The position numbers and the translations under genes are program-made. The notes under the pieces were generated by a model. That model saw nothing but the letters and a program-made list of their open reading frames with translations, did not search any database and was not told where the DNA came from. A stretch of DNA of 58,289 nt from Rhizaria sp. SCN 62-66 (lineage: Eukaryota). The stretch spans positions 62,001-120,289 of the forward strand of contig MEDY01000043.1 in assembly GCA_001724265.1 (NCBI GenBank), written 5' to 3'. Below, one piece after another: positions 49,201-54,758 of this stretch (within the stretch, counting starts at the first letter, position 1; each line of letters begins with the position of its first letter).

Positions 49201-51588
49201 CCCGTGCAGCACCGAGCCCGCGAACGCAGCCAGCACGGCTGAGCGTGACGCCACAGCCAGTGGCAAAGTGGTCGGGTCAAGTCCAGCCGCCTCATTGACA
49301 CTCGCACTGGTGCTGGCGCTGGCAGTGTTAGAACTTGCGCTAGAACTAGCCTTGGGAGGGCCGAAGACGGTGGGCAGGCGAGGGCCGAGCGCGGGGACCG
49401 GGAGCCCGCGTGCGTGCGCGCGTGCGAGCGCGCGCAGGCGGCGCAGCGGGCGCGGCAGCGCGGTGAGCGGGCGCGGTGCTGGGAGCGACGGAGCGGGCGC
49501 GGCGGCCGCGAGCAGCAGCGCGAGAGGCGCCGGGAGCGCGGCTACGCCCGCAATCGCCGCAGACATTGCAGCGGCAGCGCGCGGTGGCAGGGCAACGCCG
49601 CCAGCAGCGGCCCGCCCCGCGGCTTCAGCCTCGGCAGCGACTGCGCCTGTGTTCGCAGCAGACGCTTTGTTTGCGATGTCGCCGGCAGCGACGAGCGCCC
49701 GGCACGCGTCGCCGGCGAGCGCGCTGTCTGCGGCGTTCGGCGTCGCAAACTCGGCGGCGGCGGCGGCCACGGCAGGGTGCAGCATCAGCGCGCGCCACGC
49801 AGCGACCGTGAGAGCGCGCGCACCGACCGTGTCGCGGCTGCTGTGGAGGGCTGGCAAGCCGCGGTAGAGCAGACGGCCGGCGGCGCGCGCGAGAGGGCCG
49901 TCGACGCCGACGGAGACAAGCAAGGGCAGCGGTGAAGCGCGCTCGAGCCAGGACGGCCACGAAGCCCATTGCGCTCGCGCAGCGGGGCCCATGGTGCCGT
50001 CGGCAGCCTCGCAGAACCAGTCCGCGTCCTCGGCGACGTCGCCACAGTCGGCCTCGGGGCTTTGACTGCGGTCGCCGCGGGCGGCAGCGGCAGTGGCGTC
50101 GGCGACAAACGCGGACGCCGCGGCCTCGGCGCGCGCTTGCATCGCCTGACTCGCAGCCAACGAGTCACCCTCATCGTCAGCAGCCGCAACATCGTCGGCA
50201 TTACGAGCTCCAATGGGTTCACCACGGGCAACAGCGAGCTTAGAAGCATTTGTAGCGGTCGCTGCAGCAGCAGCAGCAGCAGAAGCAGCAGCAGCGCTCT
50301 CAGCCTCGCGCGCGCGTGCGTGTGCGGCTGCGGCCGTGGCAGCCGCAACCGTCGTCGCCTCCGCAGCCTCCGCTGGCGTGGGCGCAGGTCGCTCGGGCGT
50401 CGGCAGCGGCGGCAGCAGCAACAGCTGCGCCGTGTCTAGATGCGCGCGCAGCACCCGCGCTTCAGCGGGCCTCAGCGGTCGGCCGAGCACGTGTTGCGCG
50501 CGTATGAGTGCCAGGGCCAGCGGGGCTGCGGCCGCGGGGGCGCCGAGAGGGGCCGCTAGGGAGCCCGCGCAACGCAGACACTGGCGCGGCGCGGAAACAA
50601 AGCTGGCGCACGCACAGGCCAACGCAGACGCAGAAGCAGACGCAGAGGGGCTGTCAGAGTGACTGTGTGCAACAGGACGAGCCGCATAACCGAGACGGCG
50701 GCCGAGAGTGGGCTCACTGCCACCGGCGCCGCGAGGGGCACCGTTCGTGTTGTTGGGTAAAGCGAGACTTTGCTGGTAGGCAGCGAGATCAGGCAGCGCG
50801 TCATCGCTGTATTCATCGCTGAAGTTGTCGCCGTTGTTGTCACCTTGGTCGTCGCCTTGGTTTCCCACGCCGCGGCTCCAGGCCCCCGTTTGGACAATGG
50901 CCAGGGCCACAGCCAGAGACGCAGCGTCGGCCTCGGCATCAGCTTGGGTATCGGCGGGCTTCGCTTTGCCTTTCCCTTTGCTTGCACCAGCGCCAGCGCC
51001 AGTGTAAATGCTAGCGAGAGAAGGCAGTAGCGCGCGCACAGCATCCTCAGCTGGGTCATCAAGGGGAAAAGTCTGAGTAGCACAAGTGTCAGAGTCAGCG
51101 CCAGAGTGCGAGTCATGAGAAGATACACTTTCAGCCTCGTTGGAGCTTGACTGCAAGTGCGAGTGCAACGCAGCAGCCGTGGGAGCCCCGGCGGCGGGCG
51201 GTCCCACAGCAGTCGCCGTCGCGGCGACAGTGGCGTCCGGGAGCGCCAGTGCGAGCGCCGCGATTAACGAGTGCGGCCCCACAGCAGCGGCAACGCGCCA
51301 ACGGGACTCATTCGCAACGCGCGCCGGCTCGGCCGCAAACAGGGCCTCCAATGCGGCGCGCGCGGCGGCGCGGCGGTGCGCGTCGGCGGCGCGCGTGTCC
51401 GCGATGTGCTGTTGCCGCGCGCGGTGGGCCTCGACGGCGTCGACAGCGGCGGCGGCGGCGGCGAGAAGCAGTTCGCGGACTGAGTCGGCGACGGCGGCGA
51501 GCTCAGCGCGGCGCAGCGCCGAGAGACGGCGGGACGCGTCCGCGGCTACGGGGGTCTCCTTGACCTGCGTGGAGGCGCCGCAACCCAT
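31249..51588 (-). CDS. Giant (6779 aa) STAND NTPase, NB-ARC + dispersed WD40 repeats (APAF-1/NLR-like), with N-terminal myristoylation/palmitoylation motif
   Basis: ATG..TAA, 20.3 kb with no in-frame stop. N-terminus MGCGAS. P-loop RVVALWGDSGCGKTVSAAALAWHPALRTQYHRIVWL (~46540-46435), Walker B LLVVLDA (~46180-46160), sensor-like VLATS. WD40-like segments VEGHVTPV..LVLWAT, LVLSWDSAGVIALWDL..LLAGH, RIVTADCYNALHVY, YLLTWGLDDRVCLVD and ALLWDLA. Confidence 0.72.
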   Translation of the reverse strand: MGCGASTQVKETPVAADASRRLSALRRAELAAVADSVRELLLAAAAAAVDAVEAHRARQQHIADTRAADAHRRAAARAALEALFAAEPARVANESRWRVAAAVGPHSLIAALALALPDATVAATATAVGPPAAGAPTAAALHSHLQSSSNEAESVSSHDSHSGADSDTCATQTFPLDDPAEDAVRALLPSLASIYTGAGAGASKGKGKAKPADTQADAEADAASLAVALAIVQTGAWSRGVGNQGDDQGDNNGDNFSDEYSDDALPDLAAYQQSLALPNNTNGAPRGAGGSEPTLGRRLGYAARPVAHSHSDSPSASASASALACACASFVSAPRQCLRCAGSLAAPLGAPAAAAPLALALIRAQHVLGRPLRPAEARVLRAHLDTAQLLLLPPLPTPERPAPTPAEAAEATTVAAATAAAAHARAREAESAAAASAAAAAAATATNASKLAVARGEPIGARNADDVAAADDEGDSLAASQAMQARAEAAASAFVADATAAAARGDRSQSPEADCGDVAEDADWFCEAADGTMGPAARAQWASWPSWLERASPLPLLVSVGVDGPLARAAGRLLYRGLPALHSSRDTVGARALTVAAWRALMLHPAVAAAAAEFATPNAADSALAGDACRALVAAGDIANKASAANTGAVAAEAEAAGRAAAGGVALPPRAAAAMSAAIAGVAALPAPLALLLAAAAPAPSLPAPRPLTALPRPLRRLRALARAHARGLPVPALGPRLPTVFGPPKASSSASSNTASASTSASVNEAAGLDPTTLPLAVASRSAVLAAFAGSVLHGASPAPPRDPLLWRSAITAESTSSSLSASSSSASTQELTEPVLSMAAAVPAFAAAREAAARAAAAAGSVPALASAAALSALIARECSPVFADTVAATRRAAAAQALQSSQHPQQHPQQQQQQSQSQVQGARGRVVRPRTAGRGRGAETEPGDTESESASRPTSAVARLRPQPPPTPCDQAAVKATVTVSAAGDAGAGTDSTATEDCSEAHAHGDLPSPTHSLAPSHALSQAQSHGAHGADGTDDEHGPALTLGHGHGHGHGNALAVPGASSASGLSPSVSPAAAVSRRRGLQAPGAPGGGSGGSGPRSLISPQAALAASAAQAATDAAEALQRQAQRQAQRRRAEALRAHAAAVAAVSGFGPCAPAAATLLAAPAGAAPPPLPQLPGEPGWWAQPASAATTAAAAVNVTVGAGAGAGGLALAAHAFFARHALCRRGVASQSDSAEGDADALAAAYAAAAATHGISVTAEGGLLHWGQLYSSGCANHSAQQPDSGAIVPLARAPPVYYGAYSPCLYARLNAHGVRYPLSRARALRCDGYRPLGPLSVNAAVCADAERAHAVAATAAAEAVTTAAAAVTAAAIAAATAAAASEEVAAIARAANAAANAPVASTAIAAPASAPVVVEPPTALDAAVAAGVAGPAGAAANEEDYGYGDGSTASAHPADFAAVQPASSEHNDLTQAAIDAPPAVVEVARPNELERAAAAAEAAATATQAAAAFAAAAASTAAAAVAAVDAVAAATAAHFCSVYPVPAPTAATIALADGDGDGDAAPGSGGAPASLLWDQDARGPLPAFLHPPAALAPAPTVSGAAEDAPLLLAPPCAVCAAPLSLPLPLGAPLPPPWFVPVPAVLAAAATALALPLDAEERRLHERVYTYGDDADVAADRSGARVVALWGDSGCGKTVSAAALAWHPALRTQYHRIVWLPPFCSATSDTTSDCGVVTVALEALAALRRALEADTANRAVAVARGWPLPDCAPAHDGEDGDSEGAGFATFEQAQRYFARFARLPLLVVLDAAPSLPALLPMLASLLPASAAVLATSAAPRSALLPSASAATTTAAAESDPAAQVATAAAAAAAAAAVAAGAWGPLSPTTGTATACVRVQHSFVSAPSAASTDTAISVAVVRVPACLPASVARAAAVHAARFACPAATLPLPLPSAASAAEPVGALDGGVEEARSLALALPASPALAAVVDSMLAVTQAHPALLAALALAVTPAALATPGWPAGPVAAAASALARTAVAPLAQAQSPSISARSRRAARRNTASAGSGAVPAVLPGVRGACPPSPHSASSASSVALSVSANGAGCGVVSSEPAASGPVVRALRRLLRQPAPAVGPTAAVALAVLLVATRDTPLDQLLAAASLLAPAPVDVDADVEVSASAGLQAESAQRALQLLTLPPAPLVPLSSAAARWQTLRTMLSEGERVVEGDFDDSEWRQQLQARDLLWPHSIAVDPVPYSASAANSAVASLRALDYNRAYLAPSGLLAAVAALLAPPPLRARPMVGGGDGFATRVAQGTMALLALARLLKADLAAGAPDASVDASSSASAVAAPQPQQPTVSPAASLAMITAATAAVAAGSAAAFARLWSLASRASSQSLQAPVLTLATAALSLPQPYGHAAPALRAAQWGARVEALAALLLTAVTAGSESGSAVCAANLHSAQPYIVRADTLAAAEPRAAGACVCSVRPTGAIARLSVSAAAVAMAPVMARAWPALLNTLASPPVAATGVFPALLLSVPVLAACFRAAAAAAAPAGPDAEAAAVAGATAAISASCDAWLASLASLMGPGGSDAGLLVALPFGAFTPLATVMPLAPAAGAPPAAADAPLAVAAPRSLRAALALLPPIISAAAGGPAVSPAQTPVAARPALSPASAVAGGGVLCARIALGQLQIALRAVALPASGGRAARDWAGAVARALWPVLSGPAGAALAALASAVPADATAEAAISAALALLAELGAAADNAAELPDNAPRSQCGTATIATVLTPTSVATLIATAAAQARALAPGSGDSALASANAFSHGAAARAPVAPSAVLLGARLATTVPTLLLHPDVTRLFVRPGGAAVAAAAAANNSVVPAMLQSWLRTLPAPLQTHVTAALPYCVRVLGTTSSAALTPALAAPGPAIPAGSSGAASQHHVVLSSAVAAHAAAAAAAGSGAGAGSAFEAAASEALTRFRVHFPGLAPLLPRARPEPTAAAALLLLAATAASAAAASKAVSAGPHAPDAVVAAAASAAAARAMVALRSAARRSAPLLPPVALLAAALPFPLPAAVLPPLHRSLIAPAAGKRADADTASGFIGPVEGHVTPVTSCLALLHSRQRHISARFPGNRASCGVDSALLLTTAANDPDLVLWATSGPAADSASRGAALVRVTVHRQLHALMRLRSQQPQRGESVPLPFVCGALELPPGLVAAAAPTPAAEGVPASPLSAPAAPRLVLSWDSAGVIALWDLCTLRVVALLAGHHNHPFFTQFYSTPRPRAFFANRAMPPGPLTAVALVADGTARIVTADCYNALHVYALPPALRTPPASAAWWHPALLLPALRFDGMHVPPSVAAATEAATGRWNASQFELASAVAPALASALAPPPATAEAEAAPHALMLPPIVLARTPAPAPPPPRRFLRGVSVLTNGSRACPLYISLHGHAHRHFLASSHTAQVAAAIAAATATADAARAARMQPFSPSKGSSSAAPAGDHPSTPARHTPGSAHSTFYATPSPAGFTPDAAAASAHSGVPATPYTPFVLRPPSLAPGASTSSLLSTTPTPCTPAPGGATLPPGAAPPGLQWSSTAVPAMAAHPGWGPDTGAARYLLTWGLDDRVCLVDATVPAAAYAEPALALPAALGVCAAATIAAAATDADAAFADVAERSTEADVITPAASAAFDSAAAGGSLPAPAYTLPYADPSHVPALAAPGLGRFAAPFVPQSSNTSSAAAIESDVPAGPGGRRGVRRLPPLVQAWSEWTPPYVLNAAAPAASGSAAAAGGAAERGTPSARVCDITPMLAQYVHLDALRAFHRARRRAACNARYASLAADYAAAPAASALSATAAAAASAAAAAAGAGAVNAAALAPSPSAAAAAATRAVSPLLTSVTVLPAWPGVLRGSAPHGFLGAALAPSGNALAAATAAAAGPSAVASDSAGGPPTIVPSGVASVNSAAVGGDSELAGGPSSQSMAQPRRPTVFSPTAAAASSASFGASPPNMRRGLSSVFGGATPMAAGAAAAVSGHSRASVVASALSSATGASSSAQAATATGFIGLADSAEEHLVLATGGKLVHVLFAPSLAFKQASRAPMGAPAAVGRGAGPLPTGAPASGSTSSASPIGSPLRGPSSRSVQLLLRALTAVPPGVGFGQELPVGAPASTRQPAVAGVGAGGGGGIALHAALGLVVGYYSPPMQVFLGSHALPHARPANASRAATAVVPATAPQRTAFELAVERMRYPRPAPAGAATDADLAASRAAAERRAQAVRQRRRRRRNWDNALDAAAGGDEGDDLDDDDDDDAYPSDLDSGSDGESSGGGSEGEDEDDDGGDDDDDDPDAPVDPATAAATAALARRVMAAPAPTALLTDPALGVAAVLPLHSNRARASAAAARTAWAAPDVTVAYDIASGTFDPALAAVLAEETAVVAASSEYHMLLPDDCGDNAGDCERDDSAAWVTRLAFDGQFVTVGAVTGAGGAAALLWDLAHVPALLLAHPAAAWEPAFDAALDAPTLMPPSDSAAAKPAAAQASLPQMSSFPPYASPAAFLCAPWAPHAARARVAGFALSLLMDLLARPFSEFDAVARARFFAGQLVPGASDASNNTGSSAFGSPVRGAPGGTAQSANNTPGGVAPNGSSHSTPYGTTAPPSSSSSSSNGSTQGTPQQGVGLLGQGSYNSAAAVAAAAAQLLGVPFSPVPLQRAGGGAHSLPAPPVLPPTFFSYNYLAPLPPPDVYALPRAPAASDPPVFFRSNYAAPRTGAGERDPALAAAAAAADAAPFDIAYEAYYSGGGFAGDSPFAASHSAAATPQRRVVGGGRRARRAAAAAAAAAAGGSPAAAAAAAAAAAAAAGGARPRAPAAVAVPVLLTYFAPPAGADSGARVQRGAIAGVKLVHRARVRGVGYQRLDFERPATEAAPAPVQSAWVRFEPGTEYLPLQTVFLAWSAPAATAVTAAAGVAAPSASAPAVRVLDLSPALAQRTAAVAATGRRLYAALSPSPAAGPTIIATPASPVQRAGAVVSMPAPWLPYHLGPALEPQVPTAAAAALAAALATASASTRRNHTAGALLRRASLSHEYGSPAQPPGATARAAAAAPTTTAAASDAPECPLAAATAALPMPLPAAPAISFSSPLARVLAIMPSAANDCTPYAHALAAAGARAAAAANTTGPAPPGTPVPLSVAAILLSSAAGPLAAAVSAALPPALTLRHWPAPAGLKPRGDGPDQDIGAPTDADAEEAAAYAPRQAPPPTPAPFAGAEQIADVVVMPPTVMHIKDATGPCLCARRLRRCGGSATSNSVLASAPLYATGPRNTFGSYSSHVAAASALANAVFEPDATFASPAALTAAAMCRELAPETNNECEVIGDDAEDLDDSGAVATDCSGSDDDNYDDESVESDGDDEVDSRRNSESDKPPLHRARRSSALLTALMPAPGPALPQRRLWCRRCAPGPRALPEDAFTVVVALSPRSLPPAAPAVVTAPSSGTYQLAPVPAMLAASHETADAPDTVLCRQAPRFVAWSLGAFLPLSRGLSVGFAPPAAPAPASSSASAPANDFSDNPSPLPSARGSRSASGTRPFPPPSPIASATSIAAAAAAAATAAASAATAAAGPAALGWVNVFLPPPLRVRLPASHTAATSVTAAVTARVRSAFAFNHFSSAAAAAAGLSAAATLPARPPPVPHTGGPLTVTIGAPVRALASPVPQATAPHASPSTSHTAPASAAALAAASATAAAAPRSVSLAALRTLLTKLSPAAVVPAESAGPGAAAGAGGPMRWLRRWEGMLGDATAALVDERGRCGCSDAEAAARAHAEKLGGGKVNAKSAAKPVTNGSGATVRTESSGPLSSSSDSDGGDSDSSSDDDVCGGGCCMCLCPPTPPAPSAAAASAAVTGAVSRLCPAPLLTRIMITALLSLQPTSSSATAAAELAASLSASTNTSSLSASAAASAAASAAAARERERTERDRGERLLPPSPPDVLRAAVQLCFATAAASRGTASPGVTPTGAALAQLAMPGLIQLRRWLQPVVAAALAAAAGPAARAAAAAMTGPQAALQVPARSCPCCRLVWAALPHASALTGVSLATALGSLHCPAPLQLALPFAPGVDALTDVMMHPQLAVALYALSASTPSVMARTLTPAVAGAPPRWLPGIGTLPLLQPLASALTLNAAELRTAVAADALFASVAAAATAAAGGGNPEAAFASAAAAMAGAVYWEEFEDTAPPTTVARARPRPASALAVPGATLRVPLLLALASANDTMPGGRSGAAMVLSTRHRPAMAVLALAHSHFAGVTPASYTCPRTFTVSVTALLSTSGQSLTALRPSAHADAAISVVAVPLITPPLAPPPPALTAAAALAMVRGQRGLPPPAPLLAAANAASLAVATAISRAQFAVYLRPPAPSTPAQPPSPRARSGVAFRASRPGALVATHPALPAGAANALGLSSACALGGAAVWALAQRAHTGLCASLFLSTPPAVLAASAGSALSQSRSGAAQPRADAVLNELIFQAPSLLPSPPAPVVSAAAATVVGPKAAVALVVSAASATIAVSATLLPPWTLGAAPANALQGQSAQRRPPMAALTLVGVASQISVAAIQSMNGRAPSPSPSAVLSIGGGGADTDGSQQYEPPRAVMPSEGDAVFIPVPLNLPPVLGDAMSPMAGPSVDRNSFFWPPSASAPYTPVASSPQMTPRLLTPSRSYGRSTTPTLQAMPSGISSGLPPTSSRATVPPPPVTVSSLLLGEPASIALADRAAKVGPMELSAPLVAMVGPNGEAEIAGAARLSDGSLRAFLLTVRVHSAPIAELKWLE
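48423..48446 (-). repeat. Hexamer tandem repeat (GTGACC)4 encoding GHGHGHGH
   Basis: Directly visible at 48423-48446. Confidence 0.85.
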
Positions 51589-52280
51589 CGGGCAGGGGCG
51601 GGGCGCGCGGCGGCGACGGCGGCGGCGGCGACTGCGGCGACGGCGGGAAGTTGACTGGGGGAGGCGCGGGAGAGGCGCAGGAGGAGCGGGACGCTGCGGT
51701 GTAAGATAAAGCAGGCGCTGTACGGTGTTTCAGAGGCTAACCTCAGTAGGATCGAAGAGAAAAGAGCTACGGTAAAAAGGAAAGGCGTTAGGGATCGAAA
51801 AAATGGGTTGGGTGAAGGAGGTGAGCAGGGTCGTTTCTCATCTTGTGAAATCAAAAGTTTAGCACGTAGACTAACTGTAATCGGCATTTGAAAAGAGATT
51901 CAAAGTTGAATTAAAATAAGACACCTGGAACAAGTAGTATTTATATTAGCAACGGACGGTGCATGTCAAGCCCAGTGAATAAAAACGGGCGCCACTCCTC
52001 GAATGCAAAGCACCTGTTTGGCCCACACTTAGGGAGAGGTCAGAGACAGAAAAATGAGAGAGAAGAGGGCATCGTATTTGAATTTTTGTTGTATTTGGGT
52101 TTGGTTGAATACTCAGAAGTCGTTATAAGCCTCCCCTGCAACCTGTACGTCGCGCGACAAACGAGTCACGCGGTGTGAGGCCGCAAGGGTAGACGCAGTC
52201 TTTGCGAGGTATAGTCCACCGCGGCTGCCAGTCAGACACTGGCCGACAACGCACGGGGAACCAACAAGCATGCCAACCGC

Positions 52281-52694
52281 TTACTTGCGCATGGCAGCAA
52301 TGCGGGAGACCTCGGGGAGACGGCGCTGGGAGGGCTTGACACCCTTCTGGGGCTTGCCGGGACCCTTCACCTTGACGCCGGGGCGGGACTTGACCGCGGG
52401 GGCACGCACACGGCGCTTGGCCGCAGAGCGGGAGCGGACGTAGCGGGCGTGGACGGCGCACGAGATGCAGTACTGCTGCTTGATGTACAGCTTAGGGAGG
52501 GTGTAGGTGCCGGAGGGGTAGACGGACGCGGCAGCGAGGTCACCCTGAGCAGCAGCCTCGACCATGTTGCGGACCTGGAACTTCTTCACAGCCTTGTCCT
52601 TGGGGACGCAGCGGCGGCAGTTAGAGCAACGGACGAACTTGGCAGCGCCACGACCGTAGCGATCCTTGCCACCATTACGACGCTTCTTGGGCAT
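52281..52694 (-). CDS. RPS26: 40S ribosomal protein S26 (eS26), 137 aa
   Basis: MPKKRRNGG...[26 protein letters not shown]...[25 protein letters not shown]. True start is ATG 52694; no coding intron. Confidence 0.97.
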   Translation of the reverse strand: MPKKRRNGGKDRYGRGAAKFVRCSNCRRCVPKDKAVKKFQVRNMVEAAAQGDLAAASVYPSGTYTLPKLYIKQQYCISCAVHARYVRSRSAAKRRVRAPAVKSRPGVKVKGPGKPQKGVKPSQRRLPEVSRIAAMRK

Positions 52695-53312
52695 GCAACG
52701 ACTGTGAAGAGAAGACACGAAACGCGAGTGCGCACGAATGCCGGAATGAGGAAGAGCAAGAGCAAGAGCAAGTCAGAGAGAGGGCACAGCGGAGGTAAGA
52801 GACGGGTTCATTTGGTGCCAAAAGCGTCCGTGTAAGAATGCGCAAATATTGAAATAGAGAGTTCATGGCCCACAGTAGCATATAAAATAGCCGCACATGA
52901 AACAACAAGCGCGGCAGAACACAAACAAAACCCAAAGATTGGGGCTCAAGTTTGCGGTCTTCTTCCAGTCTCACCCGACCGACTGTGCGGTGATTAAAGT
53001 CAAGCCGCCGACAGTCAAGCTGAAAATCGAGCACAAACAAGTTGATTCCGCGCGCAGATCGTTGTGTGAGCAAATTATATTTCCATGTGTCGAGTTTAAA
53101 AGATATGAAGTATCGAAAATGTATTTTGTTCATGTTGCTGCGCAGCGCCACAGACGCATATCCCGACAAATGACGCTCCACGCAGGTCCATGGCCCCACT
53201 CAAAAAGCCCTAAATCGGCCATCTTAGTTCCCAAAACAACTCGCCTTGACTTAATAAGTAGTGCAACAAGGTACTTCTCGCACAGTTCTTCCTGTCTATG
53301 CCGGCTTAGTGC

Positions 53313-54758
53313 TCAATCAAGAGCCTCCTTGATCTTGAGAGCGCGGCGCAGCACCGCGCGCGAGCGCCAGTAGCCGGGCGCCTCGACGGACATCTCCACA
53401 AGCGGCGCCGCCTTCTTGACCGGAGCATCACTCGCAGTCGCGGCAGACTCATCCGCAGCGGAAGCCGCGTCATCCTCCGCCCCCGCGGTGGTATTGGCGG
53501 CATTCTTGCGGCTGCGGGGGCCGACGACAACGGGCGGGACGGCGGCCTCAGCGTCTTCCGCAGCGAACTTAGCGGCGTCAGCCGCGCGGCGGAGTGTCTT
53601 ATCGGTCTTGTCCGCGGCGGCCTTGGCAACGGCCTCCTCCGCGGCCTGGCGCGCGGCCGCCGCGGCCTTGACGAGCTCCTCGCGCTTGGCCGCGGCGACG
53701 GCGGCGGCGGCCTCGGCCTCGGCACGCCGCGCCTCGTCAGCCGCGGCGGCGGCGGTGGCGCGGCGAGCCTGCTCCTCGCGGGCGCGCGCGCGCTGCGCCA
53801 CAAGCACGGGGTCCTCGCACAACAGCGCGCGGATCGCGGCGATCACGGCGGGAGAATCCTCCTTAGACTTCTTCTCCTCGTTGTCATCGCCATTGTCGTC
53901 GTCGTTGTCGGAGAGACCGAGTGCGGCACGCTCGGCGGCGGCGTCGGCACGGATGCCGGCAACCTGCTCGTGTAGCGCCTCAATCGCACCAACCTGCGCC
54001 AGCAGCTGCATGCGCGCCGCGCCCTGCAAGTCGGCGATGTACTTGGTGAACGTCTTGAACGCATCCTTGGGCATTGCGCTCTCGTCGAAGCAGTGCTCCA
54101 AAAGCCACACCTGGCGCACCTTCTGGAACTTCCACTCCGCGCCCTCGCGGCCCTTGCGCGCGGCCGCCCAGTCCTCCAAGTAGCCCAGCGCGGCCTCAGC
54201 GGCCAGCGCGCCGGGCGCCGGGAGCAAGGCAGAGTCACGGTTCACGTTGTCGCTGCCGCCGCGGCCCGCGAGTATGCGCGCGCGCGTGTCGGAAACACGC
54301 TGGGACATAAACGCCTGGTTCTTCAGCGCGCGCTTCGACGGGGCGGACGCGTCGGCGCCGGCGGAGGCGTTGGTGTCGCTGGCGGGGCGCTTGGGGCGGG
54401 ACACGGCGGCCGCGGCCGCGGCGGCCGCGGCGCTGGCAGCGGCGGCGGCCGCGGTAGCAGCCGCAGCGGTCGCGGCAGCGCTGGGGGCAGCGGAAGCAGG
54501 GGCAGCAGCGGGGGCGGGCGCGCTCGCGGTGGGAACGAAACGTGCCATGCGGCTCGGGTGGATGCCGCGGGCAGCAGTCGGCGCAGCAGCGGCAGCAGCA
54601 GGAGCGGCAGCGGGAGCGGCCGCGGGAGCAGGGGCAGCGGGAGCAGCCATTTCCTTGCTGTTGGACTTGTCCTTCTTATCTTTTTTCTCCTTCTTGTCAT
54701 TTTTGTCCTTCTTGTCCTTCTTGTCGGCCTTGGAAGGCTTGTCCTCGTAGTCGCTCAT
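53313..54758 (-). CDS. WKF-domain protein (C7orf50 / yeast Rbp95-like, ribosome biogenesis), 481 aa
   Basis: K/D-rich N-terminus. ALGYLEDW...EWKFQKVRQVWLLEHCFDESAMPKDAFKTFTKYIADLQGAAR is the WKF signature; C-terminal RRALKIKEAL helix. Confidence 0.85.
   Translation of the reverse strand: MSDYEDKPSKADKKDKKDKNDKKEKKDKKDKSNSKEMAAPAAPAPAAAPAAAPAAAAAAPTAARGIHPSRMARFVPTASAPAPAAAPASAAPSAAATAAAATAAAAAASAAAAAAAAAVSRPKRPASDTNASAGADASAPSKRALKNQAFMSQRVSDTRARILAGRGGSDNVNRDSALLPAPGALAAEAALGYLEDWAAARKGREGAEWKFQKVRQVWLLEHCFDESAMPKDAFKTFTKYIADLQGAARMQLLAQVGAIEALHEQVAGIRADAAAERAALGLSDNDDDNGDDNEEKKSKEDSPAVIAAIRALLCEDPVLVAQRARAREEQARRATAAAAADEARRAEAEAAAAVAAAKREELVKAAAAARQAAEEAVAKAAADKTDKTLRRAADAAKFAAEDAEAAVPPVVVGPRSRKNAANTTAGAEDDAASAADESAATASDAPVKKAAPLVEMSVEAPGYWRSRAVLRRALKIKEALD

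Noticed and set aside
19373..51709. Hundreds of overlapping ORFs, some very long (e.g. 24602-27967 -, 28361-31021 -, 22133-23917 -)
   Set aside because: Antisense and alternate-frame shadows of GC-rich, GCN-rich coding sequence, which is depleted of stops; no motifs or codon bias of their own.
52675..53373. ORFs 52897-53373 (+) and 52675-53199 (-) in the WKF-RPS26 spacer
   Set aside because: No codon bias or recognisable motif; they overlap the UTR and acceptor regions of real genes.
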